64,000 nucleotides of DNA from an uncultured Planctomycetota bacterium. GTDB taxonomy: Bacteria > Planctomycetota > Planctomycetia > Isosphaerales > Isosphaeraceae. The translations under genes and the position numbers were made by a program. Position 1 is the first letter of the stretch; each line of letters opens with the position of its first letter. The DNA lies in NCBI GenBank assembly GCA_963737655.1, contig CAVTTN010000002.1, positions 7,136,001 to 7,200,000 of the forward strand. Direction: 5' to 3'. The notes below the pieces were generated by a model, which saw nothing but the letters and a program-made list of their open reading frames with translations, was not told where the DNA came from and did not search any database. Positions 41,367 through 51,995 of the stretch are shown piece after piece.

Positions 41367-42382
41367 TGGACAACGGGGAGAGAGGGCGCGTGGTGGTCGT
41401 CACCGGGGCCTCGGCCGGGGTGGGCCGGGCCGTCGCCCGAGCCTTCGCCGACCGAGGAGCCCGGGTCGGCCTGATCGCCCGGGGCCGCGCCGGGCTCGAA
41501 GGCGCCCTGCGCGATGTCGAGCAACGAGGAGGCCGGGGGATCGTCCTGCCCCTGGACGTCGCCGACGCCCAGGCCGTCGAGGACGCCGCGGACCGGGTCG
41601 AGGACGCTTTTGGGCCGATCGACGTCTGGGTCAACAATGCCATGCTCTCGGTCTTCTCGCCCGTGAAGGAGATGAAGGCCGAGGAGTATCGCCGGGTCAC
41701 CGAGGTGACTTATCTCGGCACGGTCCACGGCACGCTCGCCGCCCTCCGGCGGATGCTCCCCCGGGACCGAGGCGCCATCGTCCAGGTCGGTTCGGCGCTG
41801 GCGTATCGCGGAATCCCTCTCCAGTCCGCGTACTGCGCCTCCAAGCATGCGATCCAGGGGTTCTGCGACTCGCTCCGCAGCGAGCTGATCCACGACGGCA
41901 GCCGCGTGAGGCTCACGATGGTCCAGATGCCGGCGCTGAACACGCCGCAATTCTCCTGGATCAAGAGCCGATTGCCGAGGAAGGCGCAGCCGGTCCCGCC
42001 GATCTATCAGCCGGAGGTCGCGGCCGAGGCGATCGTGTGGGCCTCGGAGCACGACCGCCGGGAGATCTACGTCGGCTGGCCGACGGTCGAGGCCATCGTC
42101 GGCAACAAGATCGCCCCGGGCCTGCTCGACGACTACCTCGCCCACTCCTGCTTCGACGCCCAGATGACCGACCAGCCCGAAAACCCCGACCGGCCCGACA
42201 ACCTCTGGGACGCCGTGGATGAGGCCGTCGATCACGGGTGCCACGGCTCGTTCGACGACCGCGCCCGGACCTCCAGCTGGCAGCTCTGGGCGGACCTGAA
42301 CCGGGGATGGCTCGCCCTGGCCGGCGGAAGCCTCGCCGGGCTCGCCCTCGCCGCCGCCGTGGGCCGTCGCCACCGCCGATGA
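41366..42382 (+). CDS. SDR family oxidoreductase, translationally coupled to GH15
   Basis: VVVTGASAGVG, VNNA, YCASK; ATG overlaps the GH15 TGA. Confidence 0.93.
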   Translation: MDNGERGRVVVVTGASAGVGRAVARAFADRGARVGLIARGRAGLEGALRDVEQRGGRGIVLPLDVADAQAVEDAADRVEDAFGPIDVWVNNAMLSVFSPVKEMKAEEYRRVTEVTYLGTVHGTLAALRRMLPRDRGAIVQVGSALAYRGIPLQSAYCASKHAIQGFCDSLRSELIHDGSRVRLTMVQMPALNTPQFSWIKSRLPRKAQPVPPIYQPEVAAEAIVWASEHDRREIYVGWPTVEAIVGNKIAPGLLDDYLAHSCFDAQMTDQPENPDRPDNLWDAVDEAVDHGCHGSFDDRARTSSWQLWADLNRGWLALAGGSLAGLALAAAVGRRHRR

Positions 42383-42395
42383 TTCTTGTAGTGAG

Positions 42396-42478
42396 GGGGA
42401 CCGGAACGCAGATTAGGCAGATTACGCAGATTTAAGAATAAGTATCTAGAAATCTGCGTAATCTGCGTTTCGGTCCCC
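42396..42478. repeat. AT-rich imperfect palindrome with CGCAGATTA/TAATCTGCG units (REP/MITE-like, possible bidirectional terminator)
   Basis: GGGGACCGGAACGCAGATTA...CGCAGATTT-loop-AAATCTGCGTAATCTGCGTTTCGGTCCCC between convergent genes. Confidence 0.75.
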
Positions 42479-42498
42479 ATTCCAGCGGGCCAGGGCGC

Positions 42499-45400
42499 TC
42501 ACCGGGGCCGCTTCGGGCGGAATTTCTCGACGGTCGGCTTGATGCCGATCGGTCCGAGGTCCGCTCCGGCGGGCGGACCGCTCCTTGTGGCGGGATAGGC
42601 GGGGTCGAGGGCGAGGTCTCCGGGCTCGACCTGCCCGGGAACCAGCCGATCGACGAGGAGGCGGGCGGCGGGGCCCTCGCCTCCGGGCCTGGGTCCGCTG
42701 GCGTTGCGGATGTGAGACGGTCCCCAGAAGCCGATCCACTCCCGGCGGATGTCGGCCCGGGACACCGGGGGCGGAGGCGCGTCCCCTCCGGCGGTGAAGT
42801 GGGTCAGCGCGTACACGTCGTCGTCCGATTCCCAGAGCAGGACGCCCCGGGGGAGCCCGAGCGGATCGGTTCGGAGGAGGACGGTCAAACCCGGGCCTCC
42901 GCCGTGGTCGAAGGCGTCGAGGAAGACACTCCTCCGCGACGACACCAGCCACGGCCGATCCGGTCCCGGCGGGAAGCCCGTCCAGGGGCCGACCGAGACG
43001 ATCGTGTTCTCCGAGGCGATCGTGCAGCCGGTGATCCTCAGCTCGCAATCGAACCGATCGCGGCGGACGTTCATCGGTTTCAGCGAGAAGGCTTCGGCCC
43101 CGGTCGCCATCGCGCAGTTCTCCAGCGCGATCAACGCCCGGCCCGTCTCGACGCGGATCGCCGTCCCCCCGGTGGCGAGGTAGCAATCCTTCAGGGAGCA
43201 CGACGGCCGCCCGCCGCCCCGCGACCTGTCGGAATTCGCCGAGGGGAACGGCCGGGAGCCTTCGGTCCGGTACGTCAACAGCCGCCCTCGGCCGGTTTCG
43301 ACCTGCCCCGGGGCGGTCAGCCACGATCCCTGGAGGGCCACGTCTCCCTGATCGACCACGACGAGTGAATCGACGCGGGCCCGGGTGTCGTAGGCGAGCC
43401 TCACGCCGGTCAGCGCCAGGTCGGCCCTCTTCACGGCGATCAGGCCGAGGCCGGTCGAATCCTCGGCCGGGTACCAGACCAGAGCCCGGCCCCCCGGAGG
43501 GACCGGCGGGACGAGGATTTCCAGCGAAATGCCCTCGGGCAGGACCAGCGGGGTCATCGGCTTCTCGCCGCCTCCGCGGGCCAGGACGCGGACCCTCTTC
43601 GCCGAGCCTTTCAGCTTCTCCATGACGAACCGGCCCAGGTCGCCCCGGTACTCGTCGGAATCGGCGTCGAAGTTCAGGACCAACGCCGGGTCGGAGGAGG
43701 CCGACCAGGGGTTCTGGGGCGAGCGGCCGAACGAACCCAACGTCTTCGCCGCGAGGTACGGCGAGGGGACCGCCACCCGCGAGGGCATCATCGCCGGGTC
43801 GAGGCCGATCGGCGCGGTCGGCGAGGGGTTTGCCAGCTTCAGGGCCGCCGGGATTTCCTGGCTCTGGCCGTCGCTGTTGGGCGACTTGGCCTTGAGCCCG
43901 GCGAGCAGCCCTTCGGGAGAGGCGGAGGTCCACTGCGAGATCCCGGCGAAGCGGTTGCGGTCGCCCAGCCAGTCCACCAGAGGGGTCGTCCTCGCCGCCG
44001 GGGAGGCCGGGATCTCGCGGAGGGCGATCATCGGCGACGGCGAGATGCCCTCGGCCTCGACGCGGCCGAACGTCGTCTCGAAGGCGTGAAACGTCGCCGG
44101 GACCGCGCCGGAAGCCCCGGCCGAACCGGAAAGCTCGACGATCGCTCCGGTCGCCGCGATCGTCGAACGAAACGCCCGGATCGTCCGTTTGGCCTGCGGC
44201 TCGCCGCCGATCGAGATCGCCGGGCCTCCGCCATCGAGCAGGACCGAGCGGGCGAAATCCACGTCGGCCGGGCCCGAGAGCGTGATCGCCGCGCCGAGGT
44301 TCGCCGGGCCCTTGGACCCGGGCGGATTGCCGGTCCTTCGGATCAGGGTCCTCTCGATCCGGATCCGCGACAGGGGGGCGGCGGTGTGCGCCCGGGCTCG
44401 CCGACCTGGACCACCGAGAACGGATGCGAGAGCGGCCCGACCACCGTGATCGTGCAGTCGCGGAGGACCAGGTCCGCCCCCTTGCAGCCGAACAGGGCGC
44501 CGTTCCTCGGGCCGAGGTCCGGGCCGTTGACCACCAGGTCGATCCCGTCGAGGAACAGCTTCTGTCCGTCCAGGGGGATCAGCGCGGGGCGGTTGCGGAT
44601 CGTCTCGCTGGTCGATCGCGAGACGACCACGATCGGCCGAAACCCCTTGTGGGCCCGCAGGACCCGGCGGGGGCCGGCCATCCTCAGGTCGTCCTCGAAG
44701 AACGGCCCGTCGTCGGTCAGGTCGATGGTCCCGCCGAGGGTGTCGAAGGCGCGGCGGAGGTCGTTCAGGTGGTCGCGGTCGGGCAGGGCGTGGACCCGTC
44801 GGATGTCCAGGAACGGGGCCTCGGCGATCGGCGGGGCCTCGTTCAGGATGTCGGGCATCGCGAGCCGGGCCAGGATCTCGGGAGGAGGCGGGGGCTGGTC
44901 GCGGCTCGGCGGCTCGACGTCGGCCGGCTCCTCCCATCGGGCGGCCCGGGCCCGGGCCTCGGCCTCGGGGTCGCCGGCCCCGGGGCCTTCGAGCTCGGGG
45001 GGCAAGGCGACCTGATCCGGGGGCTTGTCGAAGAAGTACGGCGAGAAGTACGACCAGCCGACGAAGGCCCCGAGCAGGGCGAACGCCACCAGCATGAGCT
45101 TCATCAGGCCGGTCAGGAGCTCGATCGGCGCGGGGCCCGGCTCGGGCTCGGGGAGGTACTCGACCGGAGCAGCCCCGGTCCAGGGCCCCGCTTCTTCCTC
45201 GATCTCCTCCACCTCGGGCAACGGTTCCAGGGGCGGAGGACCCAACCCGGACATCCCCGGGGCCGTCGAGCCCGGCCGGCGGATGGTGGGGAGACTCTCG
45301 GCGGCTTCCTCCAGCTCGGCCAGGCGGGAGAAATCGACCTCCTTCGGCGGCTCGTCCCGACCGGGACCCCGAAGGCTCGGCGCGAAGGCCGTCGAGGCCG

Positions 45401-46460
45401 GCGAGCCGCCCAGGCCGGGGCCCAGGGCGAAGCCTTCCTCGCTCTCGTCGTCCTCGTCCTCGTCGATCAGGGCGAAGAGAGGGGCCGAGGCGACCGAGGC
45501 CGACGGCGCGACCGGCAATTCCAGGTCGTCGTCCTCGTCCTCGTCGTCGATCAGGGCGAACAGGGGCGCGGGCTTCTCGGGCGTCGCCACCCCGGCGCCA
45601 ATCGACGCCGCCACGGCGTCCAGGGCGTCGAGCAGGTCGTCGTAGTCCGCGTATCGCTTCTCGGGCTTCTTGGCCATCATCTTGCGGACGAGCCGGGCGA
45701 GCAGCTCGGGGGCGTCCCGACGGTTTTGACGGATGTCCGGCGCCGGCTCGATCGCGTGGGAACGGAGCTTCTCGGCGATGTCTCCGCCGGAAAACGGCGC
45801 GCCGCCGGTCAGGAGGAAGTACAGCGTGCAGCCCAGCGAATAAATATCGCTGCGGACGCTGGCGGCGCGGCTGTCGCGAGCCTGTTCGGGGGCCATGTAA
45901 TCGACCGTGCCGACGGTCGTGCCGTCCCGGGTGACGCGCTCGTCCTCCATCTCGGTGTGGAGGGCCAGGCCGAGGTCGGTGACCTTCACCAGGCCCTCGG
46001 GCGTCCTCAGGATGTTGGCCGGCTTGATGTCCCGATGGATCAGGCCCCGGGACTCGGCATGCTTCAGCCCCCGGGCCACCTGGCGGATCGCATCGACGGC
46101 CTCGGCCACCGACATCGGCCCCCGGTCGCGGACGAGGTCGTGCAGGTCTCCCCCGGGCACGTATTCCAGGACGAGGTAATAACGGCCCGATTCCGAACCC
46201 CGGTCGTAAATCGCCACCACGTTGGGGTGTTCGAGGGCCTCGGCGCTCTTGGCCTCGCGCATGAACCGCTGGAGGAGCGTCGCGTTCTTGGCGAGATACC
46301 GGGGAAGGATCTTGACGGCGACCTCGTGGCCGGTCTCCTCGTGGACGGCGCGGAAGACCGAGCTCATCCCGCCCGAGCCCAGGGGCTCGACCAGGCGATA
46401 GCTGCCGATCTTCGGCGGAGGCCCGCTGGCGAGGCTCCCGGTCGGTTCGACGTCGGCCAT
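42499..46460 (-). CDS. Ser/Thr protein kinase with acidic linker, TM helix and extracellular beta-helix-like domains; frameshift near 44390
   Basis: LGSGGMSSVF, VAVKIL, HRDIKPAN, DLGLA, GTVDYMAPE; TM LMLVAFALLGAFVGW; C-terminus continues in frame 42499-44390. Confidence 0.88.
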
Positions 46461-46698
46461 GACTGGGCGACCCCCGGCATCGGAACGATGTCGCGTTGAT
46501 GCACCGATCATAATCCGGACCGGGCCGCCGGAGGAACGTCCGTCTCCCGGTCCTCTCGGGGCTTTCGGCCTTCTGGCGGTCGTCGGGCGGGGGTTCTCCC
46601 CGGACTCGGGACGTGGGAGGATTGCGGGGGATCGGCGAGCCGGCTAGAGTCTCGGTCGATCCCATCCGCCGATCCGGCCCGCTCGGGAGTCCCCCGCG

Positions 46699-47149
46699 AT
46701 GCGTCTCCGACCGCTCCTGGCCCTGGTCCTCATCCCTCTGGGCTTCTCCGCATCACGGGCCGACGACGACCCGGCGAAGGAGGAACTCCAGGCGTTCCAG
46801 GGGACGTGGACGACCGTTTCATTCATGAAGAACGGCAAGGCGGCCTCGAAGGAGGCGATCCAGGGGCGAGAGGTGGTCATCGAGGGGCTCGACGTTCACC
46901 GATCGCCAGGGGGAGAAGGTCCACGGCAAGGGCTCGATCAAGCTCGACCCGAAGCCGTCGCCGAAGACGGTCGATGCCACGTTCAGCGAAGGGCCGGTCA
47001 AGGGCGAGACGGCCCAGGGGATCTACAAGATCGAGGGGGACACGCTCACGTCCTGCGTGTCCGAGCCCGGCGACCCCCGGCCCAAGACGTTCGAATCGAC
47101 GGCCGAGAACGGGGCGATGCTGGTCGTCTACAAGAAGAAGAAACCGTGA
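46699..47149 (+). CDS. Planctomycete TIGR03067-type domain protein; frameshift near 46890
   Basis: Signal peptide, ELQAFQGTWT; second frame KLDPKPSPKTVD..GIYKIEGDTLTSCVSEPGDPRPKTFES. Confidence 0.8.
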
Positions 47150-47360
47150 GGGAGACACGACCCGAGGCCCCGCCCGCCGGGTCCAACGCCCTTCCTCCCG
47201 ACGGCCCCTCTGTGGCATGATGGTCGGAGAGGGTGGCCCCATCCCGCCCGAATCCGCACGCCCACCCGCCTTTTCGGTCGTCGCGACGCCCCGGCCTCGT
47301 CTCCCCGACGAAACCCGGGCGCGCCCGAGGCCCGCACCCGTTCGCGAGGGATTGGACACG

Positions 47361-49967
47361 ATGAGATCGAGACTCGCCATCGCCTCGGCCCTCTTCCTGG
47401 CCCTGACCGGCCGATTCGCCGAGGCTGCCGACGCCCCCCGCCTGGATCTCGCGAAGGGGGACCGGATCATCCTGATCGGCGACACCCTGGCCGAGCGGAT
47501 GCAGTATTTCGGCGGGTTCGAGACGCTCCTCTACAGCCGGTTCCCGGGTCTCGACCTCGTCTTCCGCGATTGCGGATGGTCGGCCGACGAGCTCACGCTC
47601 CGCCCCCGCTCCCACGACTACAACGACCACGGCCACACCCTCAAGGACGAGAAGCCCGACGTCCTGATCGCCGCCTTCGGCTTCGACGAGTCGTTCGCCG
47701 GCAAGGCCGGGCTCGGCAAGTTCGCCCGCGACCTGGACGCCTTCCTCAAGGAATCGACCACCGCCGCCTACAACGACAAGAACCCGCCGAAGGTCGTCCT
47801 CCTCTCGCCGATCGCCCACGAGGACCTGAACGACCCCCACGTCATCGACGGCAAGAAGCACAACGAGGACCTCGCCCTCTACACCGAGGCCATGGCCGAG
47901 GCCGCGAAGAAATATCACGTGGTCTTCGTCGATCTCTTCACGCCCACGAAGACCCTGATGGTCGAGGAAGACAGGCCGCTGACGATCAACGGCATCCACC
48001 TGAACGAGTTCGGCGACGCCAAGGTCGGCGCGATCCTCGACGAGGCCCTCTTCGGCCCCCGGCCGAAGGAGATCAAGGCCGACCTGAAGCGGTTGAAGGC
48101 CGAGATCCTCGAGAAGGACCTCCAGTTCTTCTACGACTACCGCGCCATCAACGGCTGCTACATCTACGGAGGCCGCAAGGCCCCCTTCGGCATCGTCAAC
48201 TTCCCGGCGGAGTTCGCGAAGCTGCGGAAGATGATCGCCAGGAGAGACGCCCGCGTCTGGGCCGTCGCGAAGGGCGAGGCCGTCCCCGAGGCGATCGACG
48301 ACTCCGACACCGGCGTGCTCGTCCGCGTCGAGAGCAACGTCAAGGCCGACCCGAAACTGACCTCGCCCGACGAGTCGATGAAGACGTTCAAGCTGCCCGA
48401 AGGCTATGAAATCAACCTGTTCGCCTCGGAGATCGAATTCCCCGAGCTGAAGAAGCCCGTCCAGATGGCCTTCGACGCCAAAGGCCGTCTGTTCGTCACG
48501 ACCATGCCCAGCTACCCGATGTACCTGCCGGGTCGGCCCGTGAACGACAAGATCCTCGTCTTCGAGGACGCCGACGGCGACGGCAAGGCCGACAAGCAAT
48601 CCGTGTTCGCCGACAAGCTGCACGTCCCCACCGGGATCGAGCTCGGCGACGGCGGCGTGTACGTCGGCCAGCAGCCCAACGTCATGTTCCTCAAGGACAT
48701 CGACGGCGACGGCAAGGCCGACGAGCGGAAGCTCATCCTCCACGGCTTCGACTCGGCCGACTCGCACCACGCCGTCCACGCCTTCACCTGGGACCCGGGC
48801 GGCGCCCTGTACTTCCAGGAAGGGACGTTCCACTACTCGCAGGTCGAGACCCCGTACGGACCGAAGCGGCTGAACGAGGCCGGGATCTTCCGGTTCGAGC
48901 CGAAGACCTGGAAGTTCGACGTCTTCGTGTCGTATGGATTCGCCAATCCGTGGGGCCACTACGTCGATCGCTGGGGCCAGAACTTCGTGGCCGACGCCTC
49001 GGGCGGTGCGAACTACTTCGGGACGGCGTTCTCGGGGCAGGTTGACTACCCCCACAAGCACGCCTCGATGAAGCAGTTCTTCCCGATGCAGTGGCGGCCC
49101 ACCTGCGGATGCGAGCTGGTCTCCAGCCATCAGTTCCCCGACGACACCCAGGGGGACTACCTCCTGAACAACGACATCGGGTTCCAGGGCATCCTGCGGT
49201 ATCGGGTCAGCGAGGACGGCTCCGGCTTCAAGGGCGCGCCGGTCGAGCCGCTCTTGAGCTCCTCGGACCCGAACTTCCGCCCGACCGACCTGGAATTCGG
49301 CCCCGACGGCGCCCTCTACGTCGTCGACTGGTTCAACCCGCTGATCGGCCACATGCAGCACTCGCTGCGAGACCCGAAACGAGACGTGGAGCACGGGCGG
49401 ATCTGGCGGATCACCTACAAGGGCCGTCCTCTCCAGGCCAGGCCAAAAATCGCCGGCGCCACGATCCCCGAGCTCCTCGACCTCCTGAAAGCGTACGAGG
49501 ACCGCACCCGCTACCGGACCCGCCGCGAGCTCCGCGAGAGGAAGCCCGACGAGGTCCTGTCCGCCTCGAAGGCGTGGGTGGCGGGCCTCAGCAAGACCGA
49601 TCCCGACTACTGGCACCATCGGCTCGAAGCCCTCTGGCTCCGGCAGAGCCTGGACGAGGTGGACGAGGCCATGCTCAAGGAGATGCTCGCCTGCCCCGAG
49701 CCCAAGGCCCGGGCGGCGGCCGTCCGCGTCCTCTGCTACTGGCGGGACCGGGTGAACGAGCCGTTGGAACTGCTCCGCAAGGCCGTGAACGACGAGCATC
49801 CCCGGGTCCGGCTCGAAGCGGTCCGGGCCCTCAGCTTCTTCACCGGCCCCGACGCCGCCAGGGCCCAGGAAATCGCCATGGAATCGCTGCTCCTGCCCCA
49901 GGACTACTACCTGGAATACACCCTGAACGAGACGAACAAGACGCTCGACGGACGGATCAAGAAGTAG
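47361..49967 (+). CDS. PVC-type membrane-bound dehydrogenase-like protein (SGNH/GDSL domain, beta-propeller, HEAT repeats; no CxxCH)
   Basis: IILIGDTLAER, TINGIHLN, MAFDAKGRLFV, EDADGDGKAD, FGPDGALYVVDW, PRVRLEAVRALS. Confidence 0.88.
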   Translation: MRSRLAIASALFLALTGRFAEAADAPRLDLAKGDRIILIGDTLAERMQYFGGFETLLYSRFPGLDLVFRDCGWSADELTLRPRSHDYNDHGHTLKDEKPDVLIAAFGFDESFAGKAGLGKFARDLDAFLKESTTAAYNDKNPPKVVLLSPIAHEDLNDPHVIDGKKHNEDLALYTEAMAEAAKKYHVVFVDLFTPTKTLMVEEDRPLTINGIHLNEFGDAKVGAILDEALFGPRPKEIKADLKRLKAEILEKDLQFFYDYRAINGCYIYGGRKAPFGIVNFPAEFAKLRKMIARRDARVWAVAKGEAVPEAIDDSDTGVLVRVESNVKADPKLTSPDESMKTFKLPEGYEINLFASEIEFPELKKPVQMAFDAKGRLFVTTMPSYPMYLPGRPVNDKILVFEDADGDGKADKQSVFADKLHVPTGIELGDGGVYVGQQPNVMFLKDIDGDGKADERKLILHGFDSADSHHAVHAFTWDPGGALYFQEGTFHYSQVETPYGPKRLNEAGIFRFEPKTWKFDVFVSYGFANPWGHYVDRWGQNFVADASGGANYFGTAFSGQVDYPHKHASMKQFFPMQWRPTCGCELVSSHQFPDDTQGDYLLNNDIGFQGILRYRVSEDGSGFKGAPVEPLLSSSDPNFRPTDLEFGPDGALYVVDWFNPLIGHMQHSLRDPKRDVEHGRIWRITYKGRPLQARPKIAGATIPELLDLLKAYEDRTRYRTRRELRERKPDEVLSASKAWVAGLSKTDPDYWHHRLEALWLRQSLDEVDEAMLKEMLACPEPKARAAAVRVLCYWRDRVNEPLELLRKAVNDEHPRVRLEAVRALSFFTGPDAARAQEIAMESLLLPQDYYLEYTLNETNKTLDGRIKK

Positions 49968-50028
49968 GGTGCATGAAATGCACCAGCTTCCTTCGTCCTC
50001 GACGATCGAAGCTGGCGCATTTCGTTCC
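49964..50028. repeat. GTAG-type REP (GTAGGGTGCATGAAATGCACC) with a degenerate inverted partner
   Basis: REP at 49964-49984 overlaps the TAG stop; eroded reverse copy GAAGCTGGCGCATTTCGTTCC downstream. Confidence 0.75.
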
Positions 50029-50061
50029 TGAGTTGGGATCGTCCTCCTTGAGGTGCCTTCC

Positions 50062-51850
50062 ATGCCGCCGATTCACCCGGCCCGTCCCGGCCGGATCGTC
50101 GCCCTGATCCTCCTCGTCGTCTCGGCGGGCCGGGCCCCGGCGCAGGGCCCGCGAAGCCCGGCCGAAAGCCCTCTCGTGAAGCTCCTGAAGAACGACAAGC
50201 TCCCCGAGGACCGCCGGGCCGCCGTGGTGGACATGATCGGCAAGCGAGGCACCGCCGAGGACCTCGCCTTCCTGTTCGAGAGGACCTGCATCCCCGGCGT
50301 CTTCCCCCAGCCCATCCGCCGCAAGGCCCTCGATGCGATCGCCGAGGCGACGGCCAATCGCAAGGTCAAGCCGAAGACCGACCTGGCGATGGTCGGCATG
50401 CTGATCCGGTCCAAGGACGACCCCGACCTCCAGAGAGGGGCGATCCGGCTCGCCGGGATGTGGAAGATCCCCCTGAGCGTGGGCGACCTGGCCGCCGTGG
50501 CGGGCGACCCCGGGACTCCTCCGGCGATCCGCTCCGCCAGCGTCGAGGCGCTCGCGGCAATCGGAGGTCCGTTCGCCAAGGGGGCCGTCGAGGACTTCGC
50601 CGGCCCGAAGCGGCCGAAGGAATTGAGGATGGCGGCGGTCGCCGCGATGGCCCGGCTCGACCTCGCCTCGGCCGCGACGAAGGCGGCGGCCCTGCTGAAG
50701 GAGGCCGCGCCCGGCGATGACGTCGCGGCGCTGATCGCCGCGTTCCTGAACCTCAAGGGCGGCCCCGAGGCGCTCGCCTCGGCCGTCGAAAAGGCCAACC
50801 TCCCGGTCGATCCGGCGAAGACCGCGCTCCGGGCCGTCTACGCCCAGGGCCATTCCGACGCGGCGCTCGTGGACGCCCTGACCAGGGCCGCGAAGATCGA
50901 CGCCGAGGTCAAGCCTTTGGCCTCGGGCGACATGGAAAAACTGCTCGCGGAGGTGGCCTCCAAGGGCGATCCGGCCCGGGGCGAGCGGATCTTTCGCCGG
51001 GCGGACCTCAGTTGCACCCGATGCCACGCCGTCGCCGGGGCCGGAGGGGACGTCGGCCCGGACCTCTCGGCGGTCGGCTCCAGCTCGCCCGTCGATTACC
51101 TCGTCAATTCGGTGATGCTGCCCGACCAGGCCGTGAAGGAAGCCTATCACTCGTTGATCGTCGCCACGACCGACGGCCAGGTCTTCCGGGGGATCGTCCT
51201 GGACAAGAATGAGGGCTTCATCGCCTTGAAAGAGGCCGACGGCAACAAGCGAACGGTCCCCGCCAGTCAGGTCGAGGACTCGAAGGACGGCGGCTCGCTG
51301 ATGCCCAAGGGGCTGATCAACCTCATGACCCGCGCCGAGTTCGTGGACCTCCTGAAGTTCCTCTCCGAGCTCGGCAAGCCCGGCCCGTTCGCGATCCATG
51401 CGACGCCGACGATCCAGGCGCTGGAGAGTCCTGAAGTCGCCCTCCCCGGCGATCGTCAAGGCGATCCCCGACGCAAAGGCTTTGAAGGCGGAAGTCCTCG
51501 GCGCCGAGCCGTCGCGATGGCTGCCGATCTACGCCCTCGTCTCCGGCGGGTTGCCTTTGGACGAAGCGGCGACCGAGGCCGGGGGCGCCGTGGTTTTCGT
51601 CCAGGGGGATGTCGAGGCCACGGTGGCGGGAGACGTCGCGTTCCGCCTGGATTCAACCGACGGAGTCATCGCCTGGATCGACAACGCGCCTGCCCCCAAG
51701 GGCGAGGCGTTCACGGTCCCCCTGAAGGTCGGTCGTCACAAGCTCACGCTCAGGGTCGATACGGCCATCCGCAAGGAAAAGACCGTGAAAGCAGAGGTCA
51801 GCAAGCCCCCGGGCACCTCGGCCGAGTTCGTGGTGGTCGGAGGCAAGTAG
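50062..51850 (+). CDS. HEAT-repeat, PVC-type heme-binding (CxxCH) protein; frameshift near 51415
   Basis: GDPARGERIF..SCTRCH..GPDLS..SLMPKGL; C-terminus in frame 51398-51850. Confidence 0.85.
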
Positions 51851-51995
51851 GGTGCACGAAATGCACCAACATTGCGGCGGCCCTCGGCCGCCCTCCATTG
51901 TCCGGTCGGGCGAGCCGGATTCCGGGATGGGCAGCGAACGGGAGAGGCAGGCGGCCGAGGGCCGCCGCGGGGTTGGTGCATTTCATGCACCCTAC
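51847..51995. repeat. REPIN-like element: two inverted GTAG REPs enclosing an inner palindrome, between convergent genes
   Basis: GTAGGGTGCACGAAATGCACC (51847-51867) and GGTGCATTTCATGCACCCTAC (51975-51995); inner arms GCGGCGGCCCTCGGCCGCC and GGCGGCCGAGGGCCGCCGC. Confidence 0.85.
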
